Source: Candidatus Latescibacterota bacterium (GTDB lineage Bacteria > Latescibacterota > UBA2968 > UBA8231). From it: a stretch of 64,000 nt of DNA. Shown in pieces: positions 1 through 9,100 of this stretch. Made by a program: the position numbers and the translations under genes. The stretch covers positions 62,687-126,686 of the forward strand of contig JAJEIO010000048.1 of the NCBI GenBank assembly GCA_022827835.1. The letters run 5' to 3'. The first letter of the stretch is position 1. Each line of letters starts with the position of its first letter. Below the pieces are notes generated by a model. The model was not told where the DNA came from, ran no database searches, and saw only the letters and a program-made list of their open reading frames with translations.

Positions 1-222
1 CACTGGCAGCCCAACTTTGAGACTCTGACTAGTATATATCCTACTGCTGCGGAGCTTATTCCAGCGCTTGATTTGCTTCTGTGAAACTCGGTAGCGCGCA
101 GCAATCTCAGACAGAGTATCCCCTCGTTTGACCACGTGGACGATAGGACTCCTGCGCTCGGCGGCGTCCAGTGCAAAAGCACACAAGAACAGCGCCACCA
201 GGATATAGACCGGGCGCAACAT
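1..222 (-). CDS. LysM domain-containing secreted protein, N-terminal part (gene runs off the left edge)
   Basis: Not in the ORF track because it is open-ended. Manual minus-strand translation from ATG at 222-220 gives MLRPVYILVALFLCAFALDAAERRSPIVHVVKRGDTLSEIAARYRVSQKQIKRWNKLRSSRIYTSQSLKVGLPV. This is a signal peptide followed by a LysM core (VVKxGDTLxxIAxxY...WN). Confidence 0.7.
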   Translation of the reverse strand, partial: MLRPVYILVALFLCAFALDAAERRSPIVHVVKRGDTLSEIAARYRVSQKQIKRWNKLRSSRIYTSQSLKVGLPV

Positions 223-338
223 AGACTAATATTTGGAATTGGACAACAGGGGAAGGGGTCTTGCAAGTATAAGGTTATTAAGGCTATTGCGCAAAGACTA
301 CTTGCTGACCACAGAGGGGCAACCTATACTTCGCCTCC

Positions 339-1721
339 ATGAATGAAGCTAAGCTGCCCTCGGTAGATCAGGTACTCAATCGGGTCGCCGATCTCTTGCA
401 AGAGTACGATCGCGCCTATGTCGTCGAGCAGGTGCGCCGCTGTATCGCGGACGTGCGTCGCCAAGTGCGAGCAGGCACTGTAGATGAGGAGCGAACGGCC
501 TTGGATGTGCGAATCGAGCGAGCCGTACGTCGCTGTATCGAACAAGAGGCCGCGCCTCGGCTGCACCGCGTCGTCAATGCCACCGGCGTGGTGCTGCACA
601 CCGGCTTGGGCCGAGCACCGCTGCCCCAGGCGGCCCAAGAGGCCGTCGCGCGGGTAAGCACCGGCTATTGCAACCTCGAATTCGAACTAGAGTCGGGCAA
701 ACGCGGCGAGCGCGTCGCGCACGTCGAGGCCCTTATATGCTCGGCGACCGCTGCGGAAGCTGCCGCCGTGGTCAACAACAACGCCGCCGCCGTGCTCTTG
801 CTGCTCGACACCTTGGCACGGGGACGGGAAGTGGTGGTCTCGCGGGGACAACAGGTCGAGATCGGCGGCTCATTCCGCCTGCCCGAAATCATCGCGGCCA
901 GCGGAGCCAAACTGCGCGAGGTTGGCACGACGAACCGCACGCACTTGCGCGACTACGAGCGCGCTGTTGGCCCGGAAACCGGCGCTATTTTAGTGGTACA
1001 TCCGAGCAATTACAGGGTGCAGGGCTATACCGCCGAGGTGGACCTAAAGGACTTGGCCGCCCTGAGCCAGCGCGCAGGAGTGCCGCTGGTCCACGACTTA
1101 GGGAGTGGTGCCTTGGTTGATCTGGAGCAGTGGGGGCTACCGCCCGAGCCGGTAGTCTCCGCCAGTCTTAAGGCCGGAGCGGCCGCGGTCAGCTTTAGCG
1201 GCGACAAAGTGCTGGGCGGGCCGCAAGCCGGTATCATCGCCGGCCAGCGCCTATACGTAGAGCAGATGCGCCAAAATCCGCTCATGCGCGCCCTGCGTTG
1301 CGACAAGCTGATCTACGCCGCGCTCGAAGCGGCGTTGTCGCTCTATCGCCTACCGCCGGACAAGCTAACGCAGGCCTTGCCAGCGCTGGCCATGCTGCGG
1401 GCGACGATTGAGACGCTGGAGGAGCGCGCCCAGAGGCTGTTGTCCTTTTTGCCCGAGGAAGTCTGCCGCGCCCTGCGCCTCAAAGTGGTCGAATCGCTAG
1501 CGCAAGCCGGCAGCGGGTCCCTGCCCCTAGCCGAGATCCCCAGCCGGGCCGTAGCCCTCCAGCCAAGCGCAGTCCGGGTCGAGCAGTTGGGTCGCCAACT
1601 TAGGCGGCAGGGCGTAGTTGGTCGCATCGCCCGCGAGCGGCTCTTGCTCGACATGCGCACCGTGCACGACGACGAGGTAGAATGGATCGCCCAAGCATTG
1701 TTGCACGTTACCGCGCAGTAA
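339..1721 (+). CDS. selA: L-seryl-tRNA(Sec) selenium transferase
   Basis: 460 aa. N-terminal LPSVDQVLN; VVNATGVVLHTGLGRAPL; NLEFELESGKRGER; AAVVNNNAAAVLL; PLP-lysine context FSGDKVLGGPQAGII. Length and motif order match SelA. Confidence 0.93.
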   Translation: MNEAKLPSVDQVLNRVADLLQEYDRAYVVEQVRRCIADVRRQVRAGTVDEERTALDVRIERAVRRCIEQEAAPRLHRVVNATGVVLHTGLGRAPLPQAAQEAVARVSTGYCNLEFELESGKRGERVAHVEALICSATAAEAAAVVNNNAAAVLLLLDTLARGREVVVSRGQQVEIGGSFRLPEIIAASGAKLREVGTTNRTHLRDYERAVGPETGAILVVHPSNYRVQGYTAEVDLKDLAALSQRAGVPLVHDLGSGALVDLEQWGLPPEPVVSASLKAGAAAVSFSGDKVLGGPQAGIIAGQRLYVEQMRQNPLMRALRCDKLIYAALEAALSLYRLPPDKLTQALPALAMLRATIETLEERAQRLLSFLPEEVCRALRLKVVESLAQAGSGSLPLAEIPSRAVALQPSAVRVEQLGRQLRRQGVVGRIARERLLLDMRTVHDDEVEWIAQALLHVTAQ

Positions 1722-2137
1722 GAACTGCGCTGTTGCTAGCCGCTTGGCTGCTCAGCGGCTGCGGCGGCAAAGATCCCACCGCACCGCTTGCACCTGCGCC
1801 TGCACCCTCCGAACCCACCGGCCAGCCCGGGACCGTCGCGGTCGCCAACCACACCGCCTACGATCTCGAAGTGGCGTATCTCAACGAGACCGGTACGGAC
1901 GCGCCGCGGATTGTGCGCACCCACGTGCCGGCCGGCCAGCGCGCGGAGGTTTCGGGCGGAGTGCTGCCAGCCGGTCTAGAAGTGGAATTCGACTTGGTAC
2001 TCGTGCCGCGCACGGCTGACGGGATTCGGGTGCGGCGCAAGGTCCGGGTTTCGATTGACGGCGATTGGGTGTTAAATGTGCGCTTGGCGGACGAATCCGA
2101 CCCCTTCAGCCTAGAGGTAGCCAGCGCGTCTCCATAG
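1682..2137 (+). CDS. hypothetical lipoprotein
   Basis: N-terminus MDRPSIVARYRAVRTALLLAAWLLSGCGG has a basic n-region, hydrophobic core and LSGC lipobox, followed by a Pro/Ala-rich linker. Overlaps the selA end by 40 nt. No family recognised. Confidence 0.55.
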   Translation: MDRPSIVARYRAVRTALLLAAWLLSGCGGKDPTAPLAPAPAPSEPTGQPGTVAVANHTAYDLEVAYLNETGTDAPRIVRTHVPAGQRAEVSGGVLPAGLEVEFDLVLVPRTADGIRVRRKVRVSIDGDWVLNVRLADESDPFSLEVASASP

Positions 2138-2308
2138 GCTGCAAAGAGAGCGCAATATTTTCGCTTGCTTTATCGCGGGGTGGGTTTTACGTTTGATAAC
2201 CCCACGATGAATTTCAGCACTTTCCCCTTACATAATTTCATAGAGCAATTCCTGATAGTCTAGTAGTTGTGCCGCTCGTTTTGGCATAGCTATGAGGATC
2301 AAAAACCT

Positions 2309-3304
2309 ATGGTGTTGGACATCCGCGACTTGCGCCCACAGGTTGAGCCAGTCGCCGAAACATCGCTAGACCAATTACTCCACGGAGAACAGGCCCAACT
2401 ACATGGGCTGGTGCTCAGCGCGGACGATTTGGAGCAACTCTTGACCATCGCCGAGGACTCGGGCGACAGCCGCCGACTAGCGGCCATCGACATCTTGAGC
2501 GAGCACCGCTCCTGGCTGTCTTCGCTGCGCCTGCTGCGCCGGATCGTGCGGTTGGCGCACAAGGAACTCGATTCCCGACCAGCCGCGGCCTTGGTACAAG
2601 CACTGCGCCAATGCGACGAAGTCGCCCAATTTCTAACCAGCAAAGAGCGCGCGGTCGCCCGCGAAGCAGCGCGAGGCGTGCCGATCAGCCGCCAGACCCT
2701 CGCGCCGATCATTGAGGCACTAGCGGCGGGCCTTCCAGCCGACATCGCGGCCGTATTGCTCGACAAAATTCGCCGCACGCATCCATCTATGGTGCCCTAT
2801 GCAGTCGATTGCCTCCTCAAGTGCGGTCCCAATGAGAGCCTCTTGCGCGCGTTCTTGGCGCACTTGCCGCAGATACCGCTCTTCGCGCTCTTTATCGAGG
2901 CCGGGTTGCCGCAAACTATGACTTCGACCACTCGCGTCTGGCAACGGGCAGCGCGGATAGCCGCTGAAATCCTCCAGGAGGCCCCATCGGCCAAGCTGCT
3001 GCGCCACTTGCTCAGCAAGTGCGGCGAGGACGCGGCTTTCGCCCGCAACCACGCTCGCTTCCTGCACCGAATCGCCCAACGCGCCGACACCTCGTCGGAT
3101 GCCGATTTAATCGGCCACTTTGAGCGGCTCACCTCTGGTGCCTCCGAGGACAAGGTCGCTCGCCTAGCACAGCTATTAGTCGGATTAAGTGGGAGACTCG
3201 AAGGCCAAGCAGGGCAGCAAGCGGCCGCCTTGCTAGAGAATTGGAAATCTCGCTCGGCTTCGCTCAAACTCAAGATCTATCACTTAGAGCAAGGCATCCG
3301 CTGA
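2309..3304 (+). CDS. hypothetical protein (alpha-helical, Leu/Ala-rich, possibly HEAT/ARM-like)
   Basis: Long ORF in the coding frame. I prefer the ATG at 2309 (MVLDIRDL), which has GAGGA about 10 nt upstream, over the TTG at 2267. No family recognised. Confidence 0.5.
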   Translation: MVLDIRDLRPQVEPVAETSLDQLLHGEQAQLHGLVLSADDLEQLLTIAEDSGDSRRLAAIDILSEHRSWLSSLRLLRRIVRLAHKELDSRPAAALVQALRQCDEVAQFLTSKERAVAREAARGVPISRQTLAPIIEALAAGLPADIAAVLLDKIRRTHPSMVPYAVDCLLKCGPNESLLRAFLAHLPQIPLFALFIEAGLPQTMTSTTRVWQRAARIAAEILQEAPSAKLLRHLLSKCGEDAAFARNHARFLHRIAQRADTSSDADLIGHFERLTSGASEDKVARLAQLLVGLSGRLEGQAGQQAAALLENWKSRSASLKLKIYHLEQGIR

Positions 3305-3333
3305 GCATTTGTTCCAATACGAGTCTCCCCAAG

Positions 3334-3368
3334 GGCCGTTCGTCGACGGGCGAACGGCCTTTTTATTT
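3334..3368. terminator. intrinsic terminator hairpin between convergent genes
   Basis: GGCCGTTCG (3334-3342), 8-nt loop, CGAACGGCC (3351-3359), followed by TTTTTATTT. Lies between the stop at 3304 (+) and the lptG stop at 3363-3365 (-). Confidence 0.6.
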
Positions 3369-4436
3369 GTGCACGCGCCACAGCAAGACCAAGGCCAAGA
3401 CGGCAAACAACAGGTTGGCTATCCACGCGCCTAGCCAAGGCGCGAGGATTTGATTCCAACCGAGGGCTTGGCCGGCTTTGACGCAACTGTAGTAAACAAA
3501 ACAGATCAGGACGCCCAAGCCAAAGCTGTTGGCCAAACCGGCGCGGCGGGCATTGGCACCGAGGGTTGCACCGAGGGCGATGATGATGAAGCTAGTTAGG
3601 GGAAAGGATATTTTCAGATGCAAATCGACGCGCTGGCGCGTAGCGTCCTCCCCGTTGAGCGTGGCGCGGGCGATGTAGTCGGCCAACTCGGCGTAGTTCA
3701 TTTCCTCGGGGTCCTTTTGCTGGCGAGCAAAGTCGCTGGGTAGCAACGACAAGCTCGGCAGAGATAGGGTATCGAAGGAAGAAGTCGCCACAGCTTCGCC
3801 CTCGGCAAAGCGAAAGCGACGGCCTTCGAAAAGCACCCAAGTGCCCTCCCGCCACTCCATGCGTCGGGCCACCGCGCGCTCCAGCGGAGTGTAGCCGTGC
3901 AGCCGCTCCCAAGACACTTCGTCGGCGCGTTGCCGCCCTGCATCGTAGCTGCGGGCGTACACGAACTGGCTGCCCGCGTCTTGGAGCAGGACTTGGCGGC
4001 GGGAGCCGTCGCTGCGGTGATAGGACTTAATCTCGTCGCTGATTTGATTGTACCGATAGGTCGCAAGCGGGACCACCCAATCAGTAAAGAAAAAGGCCGC
4101 GACCGAAACGGCGAGAGCGCACGCCAAGACTGGGGCCAGTAGGCGATACAGGCTAATGCCAGTGGCCTTCATGGCGGTGATTTCGTTTTGGCGTGCCAAG
4201 CTGGTCAGGGCAAAGAGTGCGCCTAGCAGCGCGGCGATGGGCAGGGTCAAGATGAGCCAGTACGGCAACCGATAGACGTAGTAAAGCAAGATTTGCTCGG
4301 GACGAGCCTCAAAGTCGATAAAGGTGTCGATGTTCTCAGTGAGGTCGATGATCACCGCAATGAGCAACAGGCTGCCCACGGCGATCCCTAGACACAACAG
4401 GAAGCGGCGCGTCAGATAGAGGTCGAGGGTGCGCAT
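3363..4436 (-). CDS. lptG: LPS export ABC transporter permease, LptF/LptG (YjgP/YjgQ) family
   Basis: MRTLDLYLTRRFLLCLGIAVGSLLLIAVIIDLTENIDTFID is the typical YjgP/YjgQ N-terminus, followed by a periplasmic beta-jellyroll insert and C-terminal TM helices. Start moved to the ATG at 4436, 1 nt after the upstream gene's stop. The F versus G assignment follows gene order only. Confidence 0.8.
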   Translation of the reverse strand: MRTLDLYLTRRFLLCLGIAVGSLLLIAVIIDLTENIDTFIDFEARPEQILLYYVYRLPYWLILTLPIAALLGALFALTSLARQNEITAMKATGISLYRLLAPVLACALAVSVAAFFFTDWVVPLATYRYNQISDEIKSYHRSDGSRRQVLLQDAGSQFVYARSYDAGRQRADEVSWERLHGYTPLERAVARRMEWREGTWVLFEGRRFRFAEGEAVATSSFDTLSLPSLSLLPSDFARQQKDPEEMNYAELADYIARATLNGEDATRQRVDLHLKISFPLTSFIIIALGATLGANARRAGLANSFGLGVLICFVYYSCVKAGQALGWNQILAPWLGAWIANLLFAVLALVLLWRVHK

Positions 4437-4437
4437 C

Positions 4438-5736
4438 TCAGGTCTCTTTCGCCCCTCGGCGGCCAGCGCGATCATACGCGACTAACCACAACAATCCCCA
4501 TCCGACAAGGGCGAAAACCCCATTGGGCGCCCACATCGCCAACGGCGGTGGAATATAGCCGCGGTCGGCCAACTCCTCGCCGCCGATGAGGAACATCCAG
4601 TAGATCCAAAAGAAGAACAAGCTGATGCCGACAGAGACGGCCGCGCCGCGCCGGCGAATCAGCGCACCCAATGGGGCACCGACCAGCGCGAAGACCAAAC
4701 AAGCGGCCGGAATGGATAGCTTCTTGTGAATCTCGACCAAGTACTCGTTGATCCGCCCCGCGCGGCGGTCTATGTGCCGCCACTGTCGGCGCAGGGCCTC
4801 GGTCGCCTGTTGCCCTTCTCGCGCTAGCTCACTGGCCGTAGAATCGGCGAACTGGCTTTGATGCAGTTTGAGGTAGCGCGCGGCAATCGAATCGAGGCGA
4901 CCGTAGGCGCGCTCCTGCTCACCGCGGCGCTCTAGCACCAGGCGGTGCATGGCCGCGATGTCTAGCTCGCGGTCGCTGCGGTAAGACGAGGGGCGGTGTT
5001 CGTAGCGGCGGCGCTCGTCCTTGATGTGCAGCACTTGGCGGGCAAAAGTGCCGTAGAAAAAGCGCTCCTCTTGGCCGGCTTCGACGCGCTGGACATGGCC
5101 TTCCTCCAACTCCAAGCGGATGTAAGCTCCATCGCCCAACAGCGCGAGGCGGCCCTTAGGGGCGTGGACAATCACTGGCGGCCCAGGGCGCGAGGCGTCG
5201 TAGAGTGCGATGCCGGCCAGTTCGTTAGTCTCTGGGTCAATCTGGCGGATCAGTAGGTGATAATCGCCCAAGTCGGGTATGAAGACCCCTTCCCTTTCCC
5301 GCAGCACCAAGGCCGCTTTCGTCCGTTGCAAGCTCGACGACAGGACGCGGGTTTGGTGGTTCCAGTCCGGGAGGATCTGGTCGTTAAAAAGCACCATTAA
5401 CAGGGTGAGCAAAAAAGCGGCTACCAGCACCGGCCGCAGGAGCAGCCAAAAGCTCACCCCGCAGGCTTTGGCCGCGATGATTTCCCCGTCGGCGGCGAGG
5501 CGAGCAAAGGCCATGAGCACGGCGATGAGCACGGCCATAGGCACGGCCAGCGCCACGATCCAAGCCAAGTTAAAGAGCAAAAGTTGGAGCGCCGCCAGCA
5601 GGGTTAGCCCCTTGCTCAACACTTGATCCATCGTCTGCAATACGACGTCGATCAGCAGGATGAAGAGAATCAGCGCAAAGCCGAGCGCAAAGGGCCAACC
5701 GTGCTCTTTGAGCACATAGCGGGACAGGGTCGTCAT
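4438..5736 (-). CDS. lptF: LPS export ABC transporter permease, LptF/LptG (YjgP/YjgQ) family
   Basis: MTTLSRYVLKEHGWPFALGFALILFILLIDVVLQTMDQVL, six predicted TM segments and a central soluble insert. Tandem with the second family member. Confidence 0.8.
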   Translation of the reverse strand: MTTLSRYVLKEHGWPFALGFALILFILLIDVVLQTMDQVLSKGLTLLAALQLLLFNLAWIVALAVPMAVLIAVLMAFARLAADGEIIAAKACGVSFWLLLRPVLVAAFLLTLLMVLFNDQILPDWNHQTRVLSSSLQRTKAALVLREREGVFIPDLGDYHLLIRQIDPETNELAGIALYDASRPGPPVIVHAPKGRLALLGDGAYIRLELEEGHVQRVEAGQEERFFYGTFARQVLHIKDERRRYEHRPSSYRSDRELDIAAMHRLVLERRGEQERAYGRLDSIAARYLKLHQSQFADSTASELAREGQQATEALRRQWRHIDRRAGRINEYLVEIHKKLSIPAACLVFALVGAPLGALIRRRGAAVSVGISLFFFWIYWMFLIGGEELADRGYIPPPLAMWAPNGVFALVGWGLLWLVAYDRAGRRGAKET

Positions 5737-5907
5737 GGGTCGAAAGGGTTACGGGGCTGTGGCGCGCAGCACTCAGGGTACCTCGTTGCAAGCGGGGAGA
5801 CCCCGGATGGGCCACGGACTTAGTTTCCTTAAATATAACGACTTAGGCTGCTGTCTAAAAAACGCACGCCGCATCGCGCAACGGGAATGGTTTTTGCAAG
5901 GGCTTCC

Positions 5908-5936
5908 TTGAAATAATTGCAGCCGCGTGCTATGTT
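5908..5936 (+). promoter_or_regulatory. candidate sigma70-type promoter for sprA
   Basis: TTGAAA (5908-5913), 17-nt spacer, TATGTT (5931-5936). Would give a roughly 250-nt leader before the sprA ATG at 6197. Sequence match only. Confidence 0.3.
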
Positions 5937-6196
5937 TTCAGGTAGTTGCCCGCTTCGTCTGGGCAGCGTCCTCCTGTTTTTGGGTCTGGAGACCGCCTAT
6001 CGCGTTTGGTTAATACAGAAGCCGTTCGGCGCATTGCTTTGGCCATGGCCGAATCACCAGTGAAGGCTTCTGAGTCGTTTCCGCTAAACCTCAATTGAAA
6101 GACTGCTCTTTAGTTGAGACTGCCGAGCGCATTCGGCTTGACGCCGCGAACTCTCATCCTTTAGGGGCTTGCGAGCACGTCAAACAATAAACGTCG

Positions 6197-9100
6197 ATGG
6201 GTGTGAATTTAGAGGTGTTTCTCCGCTTTTCCCGCCAAGCGTTTTCCTCGTGGCTGTGTGTTTGCTTGCTCGCGGTAGTGGTACGCGCCGAGCCTGGTCT
6301 GCACTTTGAGCCGCTATACGGCCCGCTTTCCCAACGCTTTGCAGCCCCTAGCCAAGCTGCCTTTGGGACTGGCCAGCCGCTCTTGCCCGCCCCCGCCCGC
6401 GCGCTGATCTCGTACCAAGCCGTAGTGGACTCCTTGGGAATGGCCCACTACGGCCGCCGCGTCAGTGGATTCACCGAGGGACCAACAGTCACCGTGACTC
6501 TAGACGACTATCTCCGCATAGAGTACCAAGCGAGGCACCGACGGCTTTGGCACCAGCAAATCCGCCGCGATTTTCGCAGCACAGCTTCCGAGCAGCGCCA
6601 GCGCCGGGGCAGCCGCTTTGAGTGGACGGTGCCCTTTTCCGCGCCCAAACCCCTGCGGCGCTTTATCGGCGACCAAGGCCCCAGCCTCGCACTCAATGGC
6701 TCGCGCACCATAATCATTTCTGGCAAGAGCGAGTGGACCGATGGCGAGGTGCAGACCTCGTTTGGCCGCAGTTCCAAGTTCCCCTCGCTGGGCATCGAAC
6801 AGGAATCCGATTTCACGGTGGAAGGCAAAGTCGGCGAGTTGATCAACATCCGCATCGATCAAGACACCCAAAACCTCGGCTCGGCCTTTGGCTCCGGTTT
6901 GGGCGATCAGCTATCCAATCAGATCAAACTCGACTACGAAGGCGAGGAAGACTCCATATTCCAAGAGGTGCAGGCCGGCAACACCACTTTAGAGCTGCCC
7001 AATACTCGCTTCGTCGGCTTCCGGCAGAAAAACAAGGGCCTTTTCGGTATCCGCGCTAAAGGGCACGTCGGGCCGCTGGCCTTTACGACCGTAGCCAGCC
7101 ACGAAAAGAGCAAGTCTAACCGCCAGACCTTCAAGGGCGGAGCGGCCATCGACACGCTCCAGCTCAGAGACTACCAATACATCCGCAATACGTATTTCTT
7201 CTTACACGAATTCTACCGCGCCCACCTTTCCGACTTCCGCAGTTTGTTGGAAGGAGTGCAGTTTGGCCCAGAAAACTTCGTCGATATCAGCCGCCTCGAG
7301 GTCTATATCAACGACTTCAATACGCGGAATGACGCCGAGCTATTCGCCAGACCCGGCGTTGCTTGGGTCGATCCGTCCGACTCCCTCTCCACCATCGAGT
7401 GCTTTGACGCGGCGGGCAATCGCCTACGCAACAGCGGCTGCTCTGAGGAGGGGACCTGGCACCGGCTCGACCCGGACGACGACTACTCGGTCGTGGCCGA
7501 GGCGGGTTATATCGTCCTCAACAGGCCCGTATCTGACCCCTATGCCATGGCCGTGCATTTCAAAACCAACGCGCCGGACTTCGACGGCACGCTCCAACAG
7601 GAGACAGCCCGGCTCAAAGCCGGCGCAGAATCCGACTCCTTGTATCTGAAGCTGATCAAAGCCCGCAATCCCCGTCCGGGTTTTCCCACTTGGAATCTAG
7701 AGTGGAAAAACGTGTACCGCATTGCCTCTGGTTTTTCCACTGGCCGCCGCTTCGACCCCAAGACTTTGCAGGTCGATATCGCCAAGGAAGTGCCCGGCCA
7801 AGAGGACCAACTTTCGCAACAGGGTCGCTCCTACTTGCAGATTTTGGGCTTGGACGAGCGCGGCAAAGACCCCGGTAGCGCGCCCGACCGCGTTATCGAC
7901 GCCGACTACATAGGGCTGGACGACATCCGCGGGCACTTGATTTTCCCCGACCAGCGGCCCTTTGATCCACGCTCCAACAAATATCGCGGCCTACTCGACG
8001 AACCCGTCCCTGCCATCTACGACGAGCAGCAGCAGCGCGCCCAGATCGAGGCCAGCCGCTACAAAATCCTCGTCCGCGCCGCCTCCTCAGAGCAGCGCAT
8101 CCGGCTGGGCGGCATCTTTGGCGGTGTTCGGCCCGAGACCGTGGAGGTCCAGCTAAACGGTCGCCCTCTGACGCGAGACACCGACTACCGAGTCGATTAC
8201 ACAGGCAGCGTGACGTTTATCGGTTCGGTCGCTCAGGAAGTGGCCGACCCCGGCGCGGACTTGGAAATCTCCTTTGAATCCGAGGACGTCTTCAACATCG
8301 GCAGCCAGCAAAAGACCCTGTTGGGCCTGCGCACCGAGTACGAGTTCTGGGGTGGCGACGGGCGCGTGGGCAGCACCATGATCTACAACAACGAGCGTTC
8401 GAGCGACCGGCGGGTGCGGGTGGGCAATGAGCCGACGCGCACGGTGATCTGGAACCTCGACTTGCGCGCCCGGCGCGAAGTGCCAATCCTCACCCGCGTC
8501 GTCGATATGTTGCCGCTGGTCAAGACGGCCGTTCCCTCGGAAGTGACCCTTGACGCCGAAATCGCGCAAAGCCGTCCCAATCTCAACACCAAGGGGCGCG
8601 GCTATATCGACGATTTTGAAGACAGCGAGCGGCCCATTTCCCTAGTCGTCAACCGCACGCGCTGGGCACCGGCTAGCGCACCGATTGGCACGCGCTTCGG
8701 CGCGGAAAATCGCGCACATTTCATCTGGTACAATCCCTATAATGGAGTGCTGCGCACCGACATCTGGCCCAACCAAGAAGAGCAAATCGAAGCCCAAAAC
8801 CGGCGCACCGACATCCTAGCGCTAGAGCTGCTGCCGCGCCTCGAAGTCGCCGAGTCCTGGGGAGGAGTCTCCCTCGCCTTTTCGACTGTCAACGACTTGT
8901 CCGAGTCCAAGTTCCTAGAGATCTGGGTCCGGGGCCAAGAAGGCACCTTGCACGTGAACTTAGGCGACCAAATCAACGAGGACTACATCGCCAATGGCCG
9001 CCTCGACACCGAAGACGAGCCTTTCCCCGGACAAGCCGCAGGAGACGGGTTGGTGTCGCGGGAGGAAGACGTGGGCATCGACGGCCGCAACGACGAAGCC

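Noticed and set aside
136-342. 68-aa + strand ORF upstream of selA
   Set aside because: It runs antisense to a much better minus-strand reading frame (1-222) that encodes a signal peptide plus a textbook LysM motif. It has no RBS or recognisable motif of its own.
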